Of a DNA stretch of 64,000 nt, positions 53,248 through 64,000 are shown in pieces. Position 1 is the first letter of the stretch. Each line of letters opens with the position of its first letter. Under the pieces are notes generated by a model, which saw only the letters and a list, made by a program, of their open reading frames with translations, was not told the DNA's origin and searched no databases. A program made the translations under genes and the position numbers. This stretch comes from Octopus sinensis (Eukaryota): contig NC_042998.1 of NCBI RefSeq assembly GCF_006345805.1, positions 56,420,001 through 56,484,000 on the forward strand, given 5' to 3'.

Positions 53248-54560
53248 TGAACGAACTATTGAGTTTGGTTTAATGGCCTACCAATGTATACTATGAGTTT
53301 CTTTGCCCTAGGAGTCGGGAAGACACTCGGCAAGAAATGGAAGCAAATTTGAAAGAAGAAAAAAAAAAGTAATAATAATAATAATAATAAGAGCCAACCC
53401 CCGACACTAGCTTAGACTTTAACTTGTCCATAAATAATACAGCATCATTGCTATCCACAGCTAACCCACATAGGACAGATAGATACAGCTGCAACTGCAG
53501 CTCTGGGACCGAATGCCCACCGCAACCCTATTGCAGAAGATTTAATGCTGTGTATAAATGAATTGTCCACAGCACACTGACAATTCTACTAGCCACTACA
53601 TCGGATCTACAATTAATTTTAAGCAGAGATATTCTGCACATCTGAACTCATTTAGATATGAGGAACAACGTCCCTAATCAACGTCCCTAATCAACCACAT
53701 ACACTATCTGATATAAGATAACCTGGGCCATAATAGATTTTGGTGTCCCATACCAAGGCAAGCGCTCTGCACGTGGACTCTACCTTAAGGAAGCCCTCCA
53801 AATATTAATTCATGATTCACCACAATTACTTAATAGACAACATGAAGCATTCTCTTCATGCAAACAGAAGTTCTATGGTACCTTTAGGTTCTCCCACAGG
53901 TCCAAATGCAAGCAAAATCAACACGCATGACACTTGCCTGTCTACATTTACAGTCATAACAATATACTTACGTATTTTCATCATCTATTAATACTTATTG
54001 CATCAGCATAGTATCTTCGAAGTTCGCTTGCCGCAATAATCTTTTTAATTGTTAATTTTTAACTTTTAATTTTAAATATATTCTCTCTCCTTAAGTTAGT
54101 CATCTATTTCTAGCACCTTAGCTCCCTCTACCGGCCACTGAACTCAAGTTAAATATTATTTCTGACTACACTGAACCTAGATTTCATCTATCTATTTAAT
54201 TACCTTCTAATAGCCATAAATACCTTCCTTCTCCACTTTACCAAAACCATTTTTCTTACAAGCTAACCACTTGATTTATTCTTTCAATCTGAATGCAACA
54301 TTCAAAATACTACCCGGATTTACCTGGAATTATACTTAAGGGGCTATACCTTCACGGAAGTACGGACTCCATACTCTTTGGAACAAAAGGAACTGTGAAC
54401 TTTATTCTTCTGTCTTTATGTCTGGAACTTACCTGCATACACACCTTGTTTCTGATGACGGAATATCCAGAATACGGAGATGTTGACCCATCATCTGGGA
54501 TATTCCAGAAACAGCTGTAAGGCATTAATTACTTCTACATTCCGATTTTGATACACCTTA
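52200..54560 (+). mobile_element. Penelope-like element (RT C-terminus + GIY-YIG endonuclease + 3' pLTR), decayed
   Basis: VNFLDVT (52365), PYHKPN..Y, RRSILWFTPPF..FPRHHKY..IF..KLSYS, CNC..CP..C, VYK (53550)..YIGST (53597)..FKQRYSAH, LLNR.HE..S.CK. Interrupted by microsatellites. Confidence 0.85.
54447..54524 (+). ncRNA. Minimal type I hammerhead ribozyme motif in the Penelope pLTR
   Basis: CUGAUGA (54452-58), stem II GGAAUAUCC/GGAUAUUCC, GAAA (54508-11), palindromic ACAGCUGU stem III, GUA triplet (54517-19), and stem I UGUUU/AGGCA. Confidence 0.7.
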
Positions 54561-54642
54561 CTCTAATTAGATATTCTAAATGACCTGAGATACTCGTCCA
54601 GCCTTGGGTTTGGTTTCCTTTTCCTTTGATACATACAAACTC

Positions 54643-54897
54643 ATGTATGTATGTATGTATGTATGTATGTATGTATGTATGTATGTATGTATGTATGTAT
54701 GTATGTATGTATGCATGCATGTATGTATGTATATATGTATGTGTGTATGTGTGTATGTATGCATGTATGCATGTATGTATGCTTGCATGTATGTATGTAT
54801 GTATGTATGTATTCATGTATGTATGTATATATGTGTGTGTGTATGTATGTATGTATGTATGCATGCATGCATGTATGTATGTATGCATGTATGTATG

Positions 54898-54929
<32 letters not shown>

Positions 54930-54930
54930 C
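54643..54930. repeat. (TGTA)n compound microsatellite
   Basis: Directly visible. Confidence 0.95.
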
Positions 54931-55399
54931 ATTACGCTATTATCTATAGATTTATCAGCTTCAAAAATAATTGTTTAATGTATTTTGGAAATTCCTAAAT
55001 TTTTTTGACGTGCTCCAGCATGGCAGCAGTCAAATGACGGAAACAAATAAAAGAATAAAGGAATACATATATGTATTTATACAAATCAAATTTTTATATA
55101 TAAAAGATGGAAGTGGAAATAGTGGAAAGTCTAAGACATTTCAATTTAAGAAGGAATATAATAAAACATTATTAAAAAATTATATAAAGAAGATATTACT
55201 GGTTTCGATGTATCGCATCTTATCAAATACAAATATCAGTAAAAATTTATAGAAATTTGAAGTAAAAACAGTTTATCTTCTGTCTGGGTGTCAGATACGT
55301 TCTTGACTTAAAGTTCATGATGTGTGTAAATGTGTAATTGAGTTCGTGTTCTGATTGAGCTGTCGATGCACACGATCAAGTGTGTGCATCTAATCTTCT

Positions 55400-55935
55400 A
55401 AAGAATCGGAGATGGAAAATCTTTGGAATTTCTTTCAAATTTTCATTGTTCTATTAATAGATTAGATTTGGAGAATCCGCGTCAGTTTCTTTTGTTCTTT
55501 CTTCGAAAAACCTAGTTTTTCTAGGTTTTTATGTAAATTTGTAGGTACATAGCCTAATGCGTCTACAATGGTTGTTAAAAATGAGAACTTATAGTCAGGG
55601 TACATGAGCAGTAAGTTCCGCATTAATTCACCATACATTTTCTCTTTTTCCTGAACTTTGAATGGTATCTTCACATCCGCTGGGCAGCTGTCCTCTACAA
55701 CAGGGCATGACCTTTGTTCCCTGTCCCACAGAACAATATCAGGTCTATTATGTTTGCACCGGATTGATGTTCTTATTGGAATGTTCTTATACTGGTTCTG
55801 ACATCCCTTTGACGTATACGTCGGGGCAATCCTTCCTGCAGACAGCGTTGTAAACAGTCTTTGCAACTATATCATGCCTCAGGAGCAGGTAGTATCTTAT
55901 AGACATATTGGGGAAGCTGCTGATAATGTGGGTGA
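55400..55935 (-). mobile_element. R4/Dong-like LINE 3' fragment (REL endonuclease)
   Basis: LRHDIVAKTVY..KHNRPDIVLWD..VVEDSCPAD..EKEKMYGEL..IVDALGYVP. Confidence 0.75.
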
Positions 55936-56118
55936 TAAGTATGTATGTATCTATGCATGCATAGATTATCTTTAAATATCTGAAAATTGTGTAAAATTAA
56001 CACATACTTAATTATCTAAAAATACTTTTGAAATCAGTAAAACAAGGGACACTCTATATGTGATGGCTACGTAACTCTATACAAATGAATGCATATCATA
56101 TTGACTATTTGCAGGAAA

Positions 56119-57371
56119 CACGAAGGTGGACTAAAAAAGTTCATGGGCCGACGATGAAGGAATGATTGTAAAGGCTGATTATGAAGGATGATGCTAGAGC
56201 TGGGAAATATTACTTGCATTGATTTCAACTCATCTTATTTATAACTGCATTGTTCCTTTCCATGTAAACTGACATTTGACTGCTCAAAAAAGACGTCAAA
56301 AGTAACTAGTAGTGACTTCTCTTGAAAATCGACACAATTCGGCATTGTGGTGTTATCATGTACCTGCGAAAAGGGATTTAGACCTCAAAGATATTCATGC
56401 TGACATGATTGCTACATTAGGGGATAACACTTCAGATTTACCAACAGTGCAAAAGTGGGCAGCAGGATTTAGGAAGAAAACGGATAGGCTTGAAGATTAC
56501 CCAAAGTCTGAACGTCCTACCACCACCGAGGAAAACATCGACCGTGTTTACCACATGGTAATGGATGACAGGCAATTGACTATAAATTAATTAGCCAATG
56601 CTATTAGCATATATTGTGAGAGAGCTGAGAATATTCTGCACAGTGAACTTGGCATGATGAAGCCTTCTGCTCGGTGGGTGCCTCATCTTCTGACACCTGA
56701 TCAAAAGCGCACCAGGTTGACCGAATCACAGGAAAATCTGACAATGTTTGAGGTAAATCCATCTGATTTCCTTGAACGTTTCCTAAGCCAGGATGCGCGT
56801 TGGCTTCATCACTTTGAGCCCGAGGCAAAGAGACAATCTAAACACACCTCCTCGCCTACTCCAGAAAACGTTTCGTCTTCAGGAAACGTGATGGCGTCAA
56901 TTTTTGTTATGCAAAAAACATTGTGTTTATTGAATATCTTCAAAAGACCACACCATTAATGGAGAGTACTATGCCAAATTTCTGTAGCAGTTACGAAAGC
57001 CTATCAAGACCAAATACCCAGGAAAACTGATGAAAGAGGTCTTGTTTTATCAGGACAATGCCCCAGCACGCAAGTTGTTAGTTTCAATGGTTGCTGTGCG
57101 TGACTGTCGCTTTCAATTGGTTGGTCACCCTCCGCATTCTCCTGATTTGTCCCCATCTGATTATTATCTGTTCCACAACATGTAAAGACACTTGGCTAAG
57201 AAACAGTGTTGCTGTGATGATGACGTCACATCTGCTGTTGATGGCTTCTTACTCTTCACCAGTGGGGGTCGAAGCACTGCAACACTGATAGAAGACGTGT
57301 ATGGACCGCATCTGTTCGTATTCCATGAGAGTATATTGGTCAACCTATGAACTTCTCAGCCGACTTTCGTA
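56119..57371 (+). mobile_element. mariner (DD34D, irritans/Himar1-like) element, full length, decayed
   Basis: Degenerate TIRs CACGAAGGTGGACTAAAAAAGTTCATGGGCCGAC / TACGAAAGTCGGCTGAGAAGTTCATAGGTTGAC. Motifs DIHADM, SARWVPHLLT, QDNAP and HPPHSPDLSPSDYYLF are present, with stops and frameshifts. Confidence 0.85.
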
Positions 57372-57425
57372 TTGCAAAAGCATAAACAAATCTGTTTTGA
57401 AATAGCAGAGTTATTAGAGCATTGA

Positions 57426-57480
<55 letters not shown>

Positions 57481-58137
57481 TGTGTGTGTCTCTGTGTCTG
57501 TGTCTCTGTATCTGTGTCTGTGTGTCTGTGTCTGTGTGTGTGTGTGTGAGTGCGTGCGTGCGTGTGTGTATACATACATACATACTTATCATACACACAC
57601 ATATATAAATCATTTTCAAGTAGATGTATTAAGTAAAAGCAGTTTTTTTGTTAACTGTAATATTACACATCAAAGATACTGAAGGTATTTTCCCCAACAA
57701 CTACGCTAACCGCTTGACATACTAAAACAATTTGCCCTAAAAAACCACGCCGTAACCGTTATCGCTCTCAAACCAACAAAATAGACGAGTAACACATGTT
57801 AGGTAACGATAACGTATTTGTGGAGTTGACATTCCTGTCCCATGTGGTAGCACACTTTTTCGTGCTTTAGTTATTAAGTTCGCTTCAGCCTTCAAAACGG
57901 AAGCCTTGTTGGAAATTCGTACAAGTCATCATAGTTAGGGCAATTCTTTAGCACTTGCCTAGCAATGTTGTTAAAGCTTAGAGAAATCTGTGAAGGTATT
58001 ATTACGGTTAGCAGCTATATAGTTTACAGGTTCTGTCCTACCGTGCGGCACTTTAGGCAAATGATTTTAGTCTATTATAGACTAGGATTAACTACTATCT
58101 TCTGAGTGGAATTTCGTGGACGGAAACTGTGAAGCTT

Positions 58138-61100
58138 CGCACATTTACAAATTACAACACGGATTTACACCATTAATCTAAGCCACCACACTCTTCACAA
58201 CGTAATAGAAAAAGATATATAATGTCTTCAAGAATAAGAGTACTCAATACTACCTTAACAAACAACATGGAACGATTGCTAGCCTATATTGTGCGCACCA
58301 TTTCCAGAACCTGCAATATCGTGTCTCTTTACCCTTCTACCAAGCGTCTTTTAAATTAACATATCTCAACGGATACATCTGCTTAACTTAGAATGATACT
58401 GGAGTTAGATTCACAATAAGCGCAAAATAGTTTGAAGACATCTTTTTATCAAAATATATTACTTCACTATGTTACAACAGTCTGTGATGGGATATGTTGT
58501 TATTCAATGAGATATGTTGTTAAACTTGAAAGTGATTACCCATTTCTTGGCATTCTACCTGCATGAATGTTTTCGGAATATAGGTCTCATCTTGGGTGCA
58601 TTTCAACCAAACCCGAACGCTTCAAACCATTGTACAGTTTCATTTCTTCTGTCTGGATTATAACTTCTAATAAAAAGTCAATTCCCTTCCCATAAGAAAA
58701 ACATCGTTGACGCTCTCTCCAGGCGAAATAACATTTCTCATGATCCCTTTCATACTTTCTTGTCATACTTCATACTGTCTTATTCTGAAACCCTAACATT
58801 TAATTTTCATCATTTTACACAAGCTGTCCAGCCTTCAGTTGGTGCTATTGCAGACTTTGTAACTGAAGTACTAATGATATTCTAGAAGTTTATATGGTAA
58901 GCAACATCTCTGTTTTATTTTTCTCCGAAGAAGTTAGTTTCTCTTTTGCAGTTCTTCATTGGTGCTCCGAAATATCAAGGTACTTTCTGGAAAAGGTTAA
59001 ATGTTTATATCTACTAAGAATTGTTTAGGTTGTAGCGTGTGGCTACAAGTAACATATTTTTCGGTTTCTATCAAAGAAAATTCGTTTTTGATACCCTCAA
59101 TGTCAAGGACAACACTTGACTTTAAAAATTCTTCCTGCCAGAACAATTAGAATATATCTAGCTCTCCTTCAAAGATGTTCACGTTGGAAAAAGAATAACT
59201 TATCTTTACAGCAACTGATTAAGTTTAACTCTTATCCCATTAGCTTCTATTTTTAGGAGGTCACGTACTGTGTTTTCAACAGTTTCTTCTAATTATTCCA
59301 AAATACAATGGCCTACAATAACTTTATAGCCATGTTAATTTAACTTCATGAAAATAATCTAAAACAATTGTAGGCCTTCGCCTGGACTCTAGAACACTAA
59401 CAATGGTAAATGCCTACAAGCTGCTCAAACAAACGTTATAGAGCATTTACAAATACGGTACTTTATACGAAACAACAAAAAGAATAAAATTGTCAACGAT
59501 TAAAACAGTAATCACCATTCTAATCTCCATTCCAATGTCACAAGTTCTCATAGAATACCTTTAAAAATAAAAGCTTCACAAAAAAGAAACTTTTGTAAAC
59601 GTTACATGAAACTATAAAATCCTGCAATACAAATTTAATTACATTAAACACATCTATATTGGACTGAAAGAGTTGATCATATACGGCACTTAGTAAAAAT
59701 TAAGGAAATATTCTTACTCCCAGAACACACGATGCTCAGTATTCTAAATTATATTCAATTCAGACATGACCGACTCTTTCACAAAAGATGTAGTCTTATT
59801 ATTTGGATGTTAAAAAACAACATTCATAAACTAGTGTGAGACAACCTTACTCACGAAATTACATTTTCGAAGATTTTCATGGATTCAAAACTTAGCTGTC
59901 AAACGGTATAGATAACAAGAAGTGGCATAATAGTATTACAGCTAAATTCATTACGTGACCGAAATTCTGACACCAATATACATATATATCACCACAACAA
60001 CACTTCTCTACACGGCACCTTCCGCTCCACAGCCCAATTTAATTCATACTTAATGTAATTATATTGTGATGGGCAAACTTTACTGCGGTATTTGCCCGGA
60101 GATTGTATCTCCTATGGAAACGTTGTGATTAAAAATGCAATATGTATATATCAAGAGATAGGAGAATGAATGAGAACGTTTGATGCATTTCTACCTCAAC
60201 GTTAGATGTTATCAATAATATACACTCACTGCCAGTATGTTCATTAATAACGCCTAACGTAGAGACAGAAATGTATCAAACATTCTCTTTCACTTTTATT
60301 AGGACACGTTCAGTCTCCCTCTGATATTGTATTTTTAATCTCAACCACAATTTTTATTCTTGCTGCCATCAGATTCGTAAAAAGTAATACACAATTCTAA
60401 AAATTCAAAAGATTTATAGGCGACATTATCTCCGAACTAATGCTGCAGTAAATTTTACCTATCATATACTTATGATATACGATATGATTATTTCAATCTA
60501 ACACTACTTTTGTTGCGTGCGTCAAACAGAAAATATGAAGAAATTAGCAGCATTATCAACAGCAACTGACACATCACATCCCATCTTGCAATAACAATAT
60601 CGAGTAAATCAACCATACTACAAAATCAAACAAACTGCCCTGTCAGACATTGCGAGAAAATCAGACACCAAAACATCACACAAAACGAAAGATGTGCACC
60701 TTCCACCTCAACCACAATTTTTATTCTTGCTTCCATCGGATTCCTAAAAAGTAATATACAATTCTAAAAATTCAAAAGATATACATCGAAATATACACCG
60801 AAAACACTAGGGACCTCAATGAATCGCTGTTCTCGCCAACGTATACAACTATGACATTGCCTTCTACAGACACATCAACCTCAAAATTTTTAGAAAGATT
60901 TGAAGTTAAACTCGCACATTTACAAATTACAACACGGATTTATACCATTAATCTAAGCCACCACACTCTTCACAACGAAATACAAAAAGATATATAATGT
61001 CTTCAAGAATAAGAGTACTCAATACTACCTTAACAAACAACATGGAACGTTTGCTAGCCCATATTATGTTCACCATTTCCAGAACCTGCAGTCTCGCGTC

Positions 61101-63990
61101 CCTTTACCCACTTTTCTCACCTATACTTACATATCTCCACAAAAGCAATTATCATACTTACATTATATAACATACACACAACCCACCACCATTCAACAAA
61201 TTTTGTGACTCCACAACTAGTCAAACAAGTTAAATCACCTACAAATCTCGTTCCTCAACAACAATCTTAAAAGTAATACTCACCAAATTCTCTGTCTCCC
61301 TTCTCGGCAACACCAAAGAACAGTGAACACGACCAAATATCACACATAAGATAAAAAATTCTAGGAGTTACAAGACACTTATAACATTCACGATTCACTT
61401 AGAAAACAAAAGAACGCTAAATGACGCCCAAACAATTTTAGACCGTGTAACGTGTCATATTTGGGCGTAATGATAACAGTGTATAGATAATGTATTCGAT
61501 TTATCAACACATTACGCAATAAAATAATACAATGAATCCACAATGGGCCTCCATCTACCCCATAAAAACATGCAAACATTCAAAATTATACGCACTTGAA
61601 GTTAACAGGAGTCATAACAGTAATAAAAATACGTTTATTTACTACCTAAAATTTTAACACCCACACAGACGTACCTCGCCAAGCCAGCAACAATACTTCC
61701 TCCTCAGACAGCACCTCTTCAGGCAACACTTTACCTTCTACTCTACCCCAAGTTAACGAAACCACTTAGCGAACAATTCCCCAATTTTCATCAGACCACC
61801 CACCAAATACTATTGCATATAGATTATGAAATCAAAGACATTTTCATACATTTCAAACAACACAACGTAATGAGTTCTGTCATCAAACACAGACAATGTT
61901 TCCAGATTTCAACATCACAACCACCAATCACACTCACCAGCACTCGTGTAAAGCACCAATACGAAACAACCAACAGTAACTCAGCATCAAGCTTTCAAAA
62001 CAATAACAAAAGAAAATAAATAAAGCCATAAATAACACGTAGTAAAAGTAGAACTTGTAGAGCGACCGTACGTAAAGGAGATGGTGACGAATGTCTCCTT
62101 TTTAAGCGCCGCACGGTCGCCTACAAAAACAAACAAAATACAAGAAATAAAAGAATACCAGTGCCAAGAAAGAATAAGGAGAAAACACAACCGTATAATG
62201 TATGAGAAAAGAAGACTTTATTTAGATGTGTTCGTGAGGAGCAGTGTGTTTGTCTATGAATGCGACAAGTGTGTATCTATGTGTTCGTAGAGTGTGTCTG
62301 TGTATGCGATAACAGTATGAGATAATACAATACAAAACATAGAAAGAGTCTATAACAGGATCACTAGATGAACGTTCAGACAAGATGTTGATAAATACCA
62401 TTTCGGTGTAAGACACACCATAGTTAGTTCTGTAACAGAGAGGTTGGTGGCAAAGTGGAGAGCCGGTTGAAACTCATGTCGAGTAAGCGGTTGAGGCTTC
62501 AATCCTATGCCGGGTTATTTGGTACAGAAAGCTCTCGTAGGTAGACTGGAGCTGTTAACCTTGATGAATATTCACAAACAGCGTGTAGTTAAACCTGGAA
62601 CGATGTTGGTGTTGGTGTGTACGTAGACATGTTGGTGGCGTCGATAAGCTTAAGGCGACGTGATGGAAAAGGTGTTGGTGTCGTCGTTGGCTGTCGCAGG
62701 AACATAGCTGTCTCGCTCGAACTGGCTGGTCTGTCGCTGGATGCTCTGTGGTCATTGGCCTAGGACCAAAGACGAAATGGTCTGTCGATCTAGCCTTTTT
62801 AAAGGGTTTAGTTGGCTTGAACAATGCATAAGATAAATAGTGTCACGGGACCTTATCTAAAGGTTGCGATTGGTTGGTTTACACATTGGCGCGAAGAGAT
62901 AAAACTGTACCAAAACCAACCAATCGAAGGATGGCTGCTATCTGCCACGACGTTACTTGTGTTATATCTCTCAAGCAGTGAGGATATCACTGAGGTACGC
63001 TACAAACTAATAAACATTTGTAACCAACGTTTTAATCACAGTGCGTCCATAGCCGATATTATCTCCAGACGAATGCTGCATTCATTTTTGCCTATTACAG
63101 TGTATTTACATTGAATATGATAGACAATATGGTTATTTCAATCCAACATTACTTTTGTTGCATGGAATAGAAAATATGTAATTAGGAACATCATCAACAG
63201 CAACTGACACATCACATCCCATCTTATAATAACAATATTTAGTAAAGCAGCCATACTGCAAAATCAAGCAAGTTCCCTTGTCAGACATTTCAAGAAAATG
63301 AGACACCAGAACACCACACAGAACGAAAATTATGCACCTTCCGCCTCAACAACAATTTTTATTCTTGCTTCCATCAGACACCCAGAAAAGAATACATATT
63401 TCTAAAAATTCGTTAGTTTTGTGGCCATACAAAATATACGCCAAAAGCACTAAGGGCCTGAAGGAATCGCAGTTCTCACCAGCGTCTAGAACTTCTTGTA
63501 ATAATACTGCTAAATCTCTTAGTTCTATTAGTTTACTGAAATTGTAATGTTCAAGAAAAATCCGTATGTCGCAGCCTCTTAGACATACATCAAACACAAA
63601 ATGTTTAGAAAGATTTGACATTATAAACTTGCACACTTACAAATTACAACACGGATTCACACTATTACTCTAAACCACTACACTCTTCATAGATGTAATA
63701 CATAAAATACGTATTATCTTCAAGAATAAAAGTACTTGGTACCACCTTAAGAAACGACGTGGAATGTTTGCTAGCCTATATCGTGTGCACCATTTCCAGA
63801 ACCTGCAGTATCGAGTTCCTTTACTAACTTTTCTCAACCTATGCTTATACAATCTTCCCACATCTCTACAAAAATCATTCTCATTCATACATGACCTATC
63901 AACACAGGCAATAAAATAATACAATGGATCTTCAATGGGTTGCCACCCTGTCCATTAAAAAAACACAAAGTTTCAAAATTATTCTCAACT
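58138..63990. repeat. Unclassified A/C-skewed repeat: copies at 58138-58335 (partial), ~60340-61580 and ~63050-63990
   Basis: Shared blocks such as ACAAATTACAACACGGATT..TCTTCAAGAATAA..CACCATTTCCAGAACCTGCA (3 copies) and CAACAGCAACTGACACATCACATCCCATCTT (2 copies). Confidence 0.75.
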
Positions 63991-64000
63991 GATGCAAGTC

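Noticed and set aside
58952-58979. 28-nt AG..GT-bounded mini-exon (FFIGAPKYQ)
   Set aside because: No neighbouring compatible exons or homology; such motifs are expected by chance.
62392-62436. Hammerhead relic on - strand (GGTG/CACC stem + GAAA)
   Set aside because: The core CUAACUA has three changes from CUGANGA; at best a dead remnant.
60340-64000. Mitochondrial insertion (NUMT) suggested by the A/C skew
   Set aside because: No recognisable mitochondrial protein, rRNA or tRNA motifs in either strand.

Overview
Eukaryotic, repeat-rich genomic DNA. The tRNA-derived SINE families and dense (TA)/(CA)/(ATGT) microsatellites suggest an octopus/coleoid cephalopod genome (inference). There is one 100-N gap. 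Two convergent, intron-containing genes can be reconstructed by hand. (1) A divergent A-type cyclic-nucleotide-gated (CNG) cation channel on + strand, with confident exons 20124-20335, 23669-24556 and 28415-28938 and two phase-compatible candidate 5' exons at 7104-7157 and 15881-16017. (2) A complete 311-aa inosine/uridine-preferring nucleoside hydrolase family gene on - strand, with 5 coding exons between 48763 and 37073. The rest is SINEs (several as ~185-bp internal multimers), decayed Tc1/mariner elements, R4/Dong-like, RTE-like and CR1/L2-group LINE fragments, a Penelope-like element, Helitron-type non-autonomous elements and palindromic MITE-like hairpins. Best observations: three minimal type I hammerhead-ribozyme motifs (31401-31444, 47905-47978, 54447-54524), one inside a ~390-bp direct-repeat unit resembling a retrozyme/pLTR; a 1.37-kb near-perfect palindrome between the genes' 3' ends, which may be real foldback DNA or an assembly artefact; and an FGD (not FGE) phosphate-binding cassette in the CNG channel. 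No prokaryotic systems or CRISPR arrays. All alignments and folds were done by eye.
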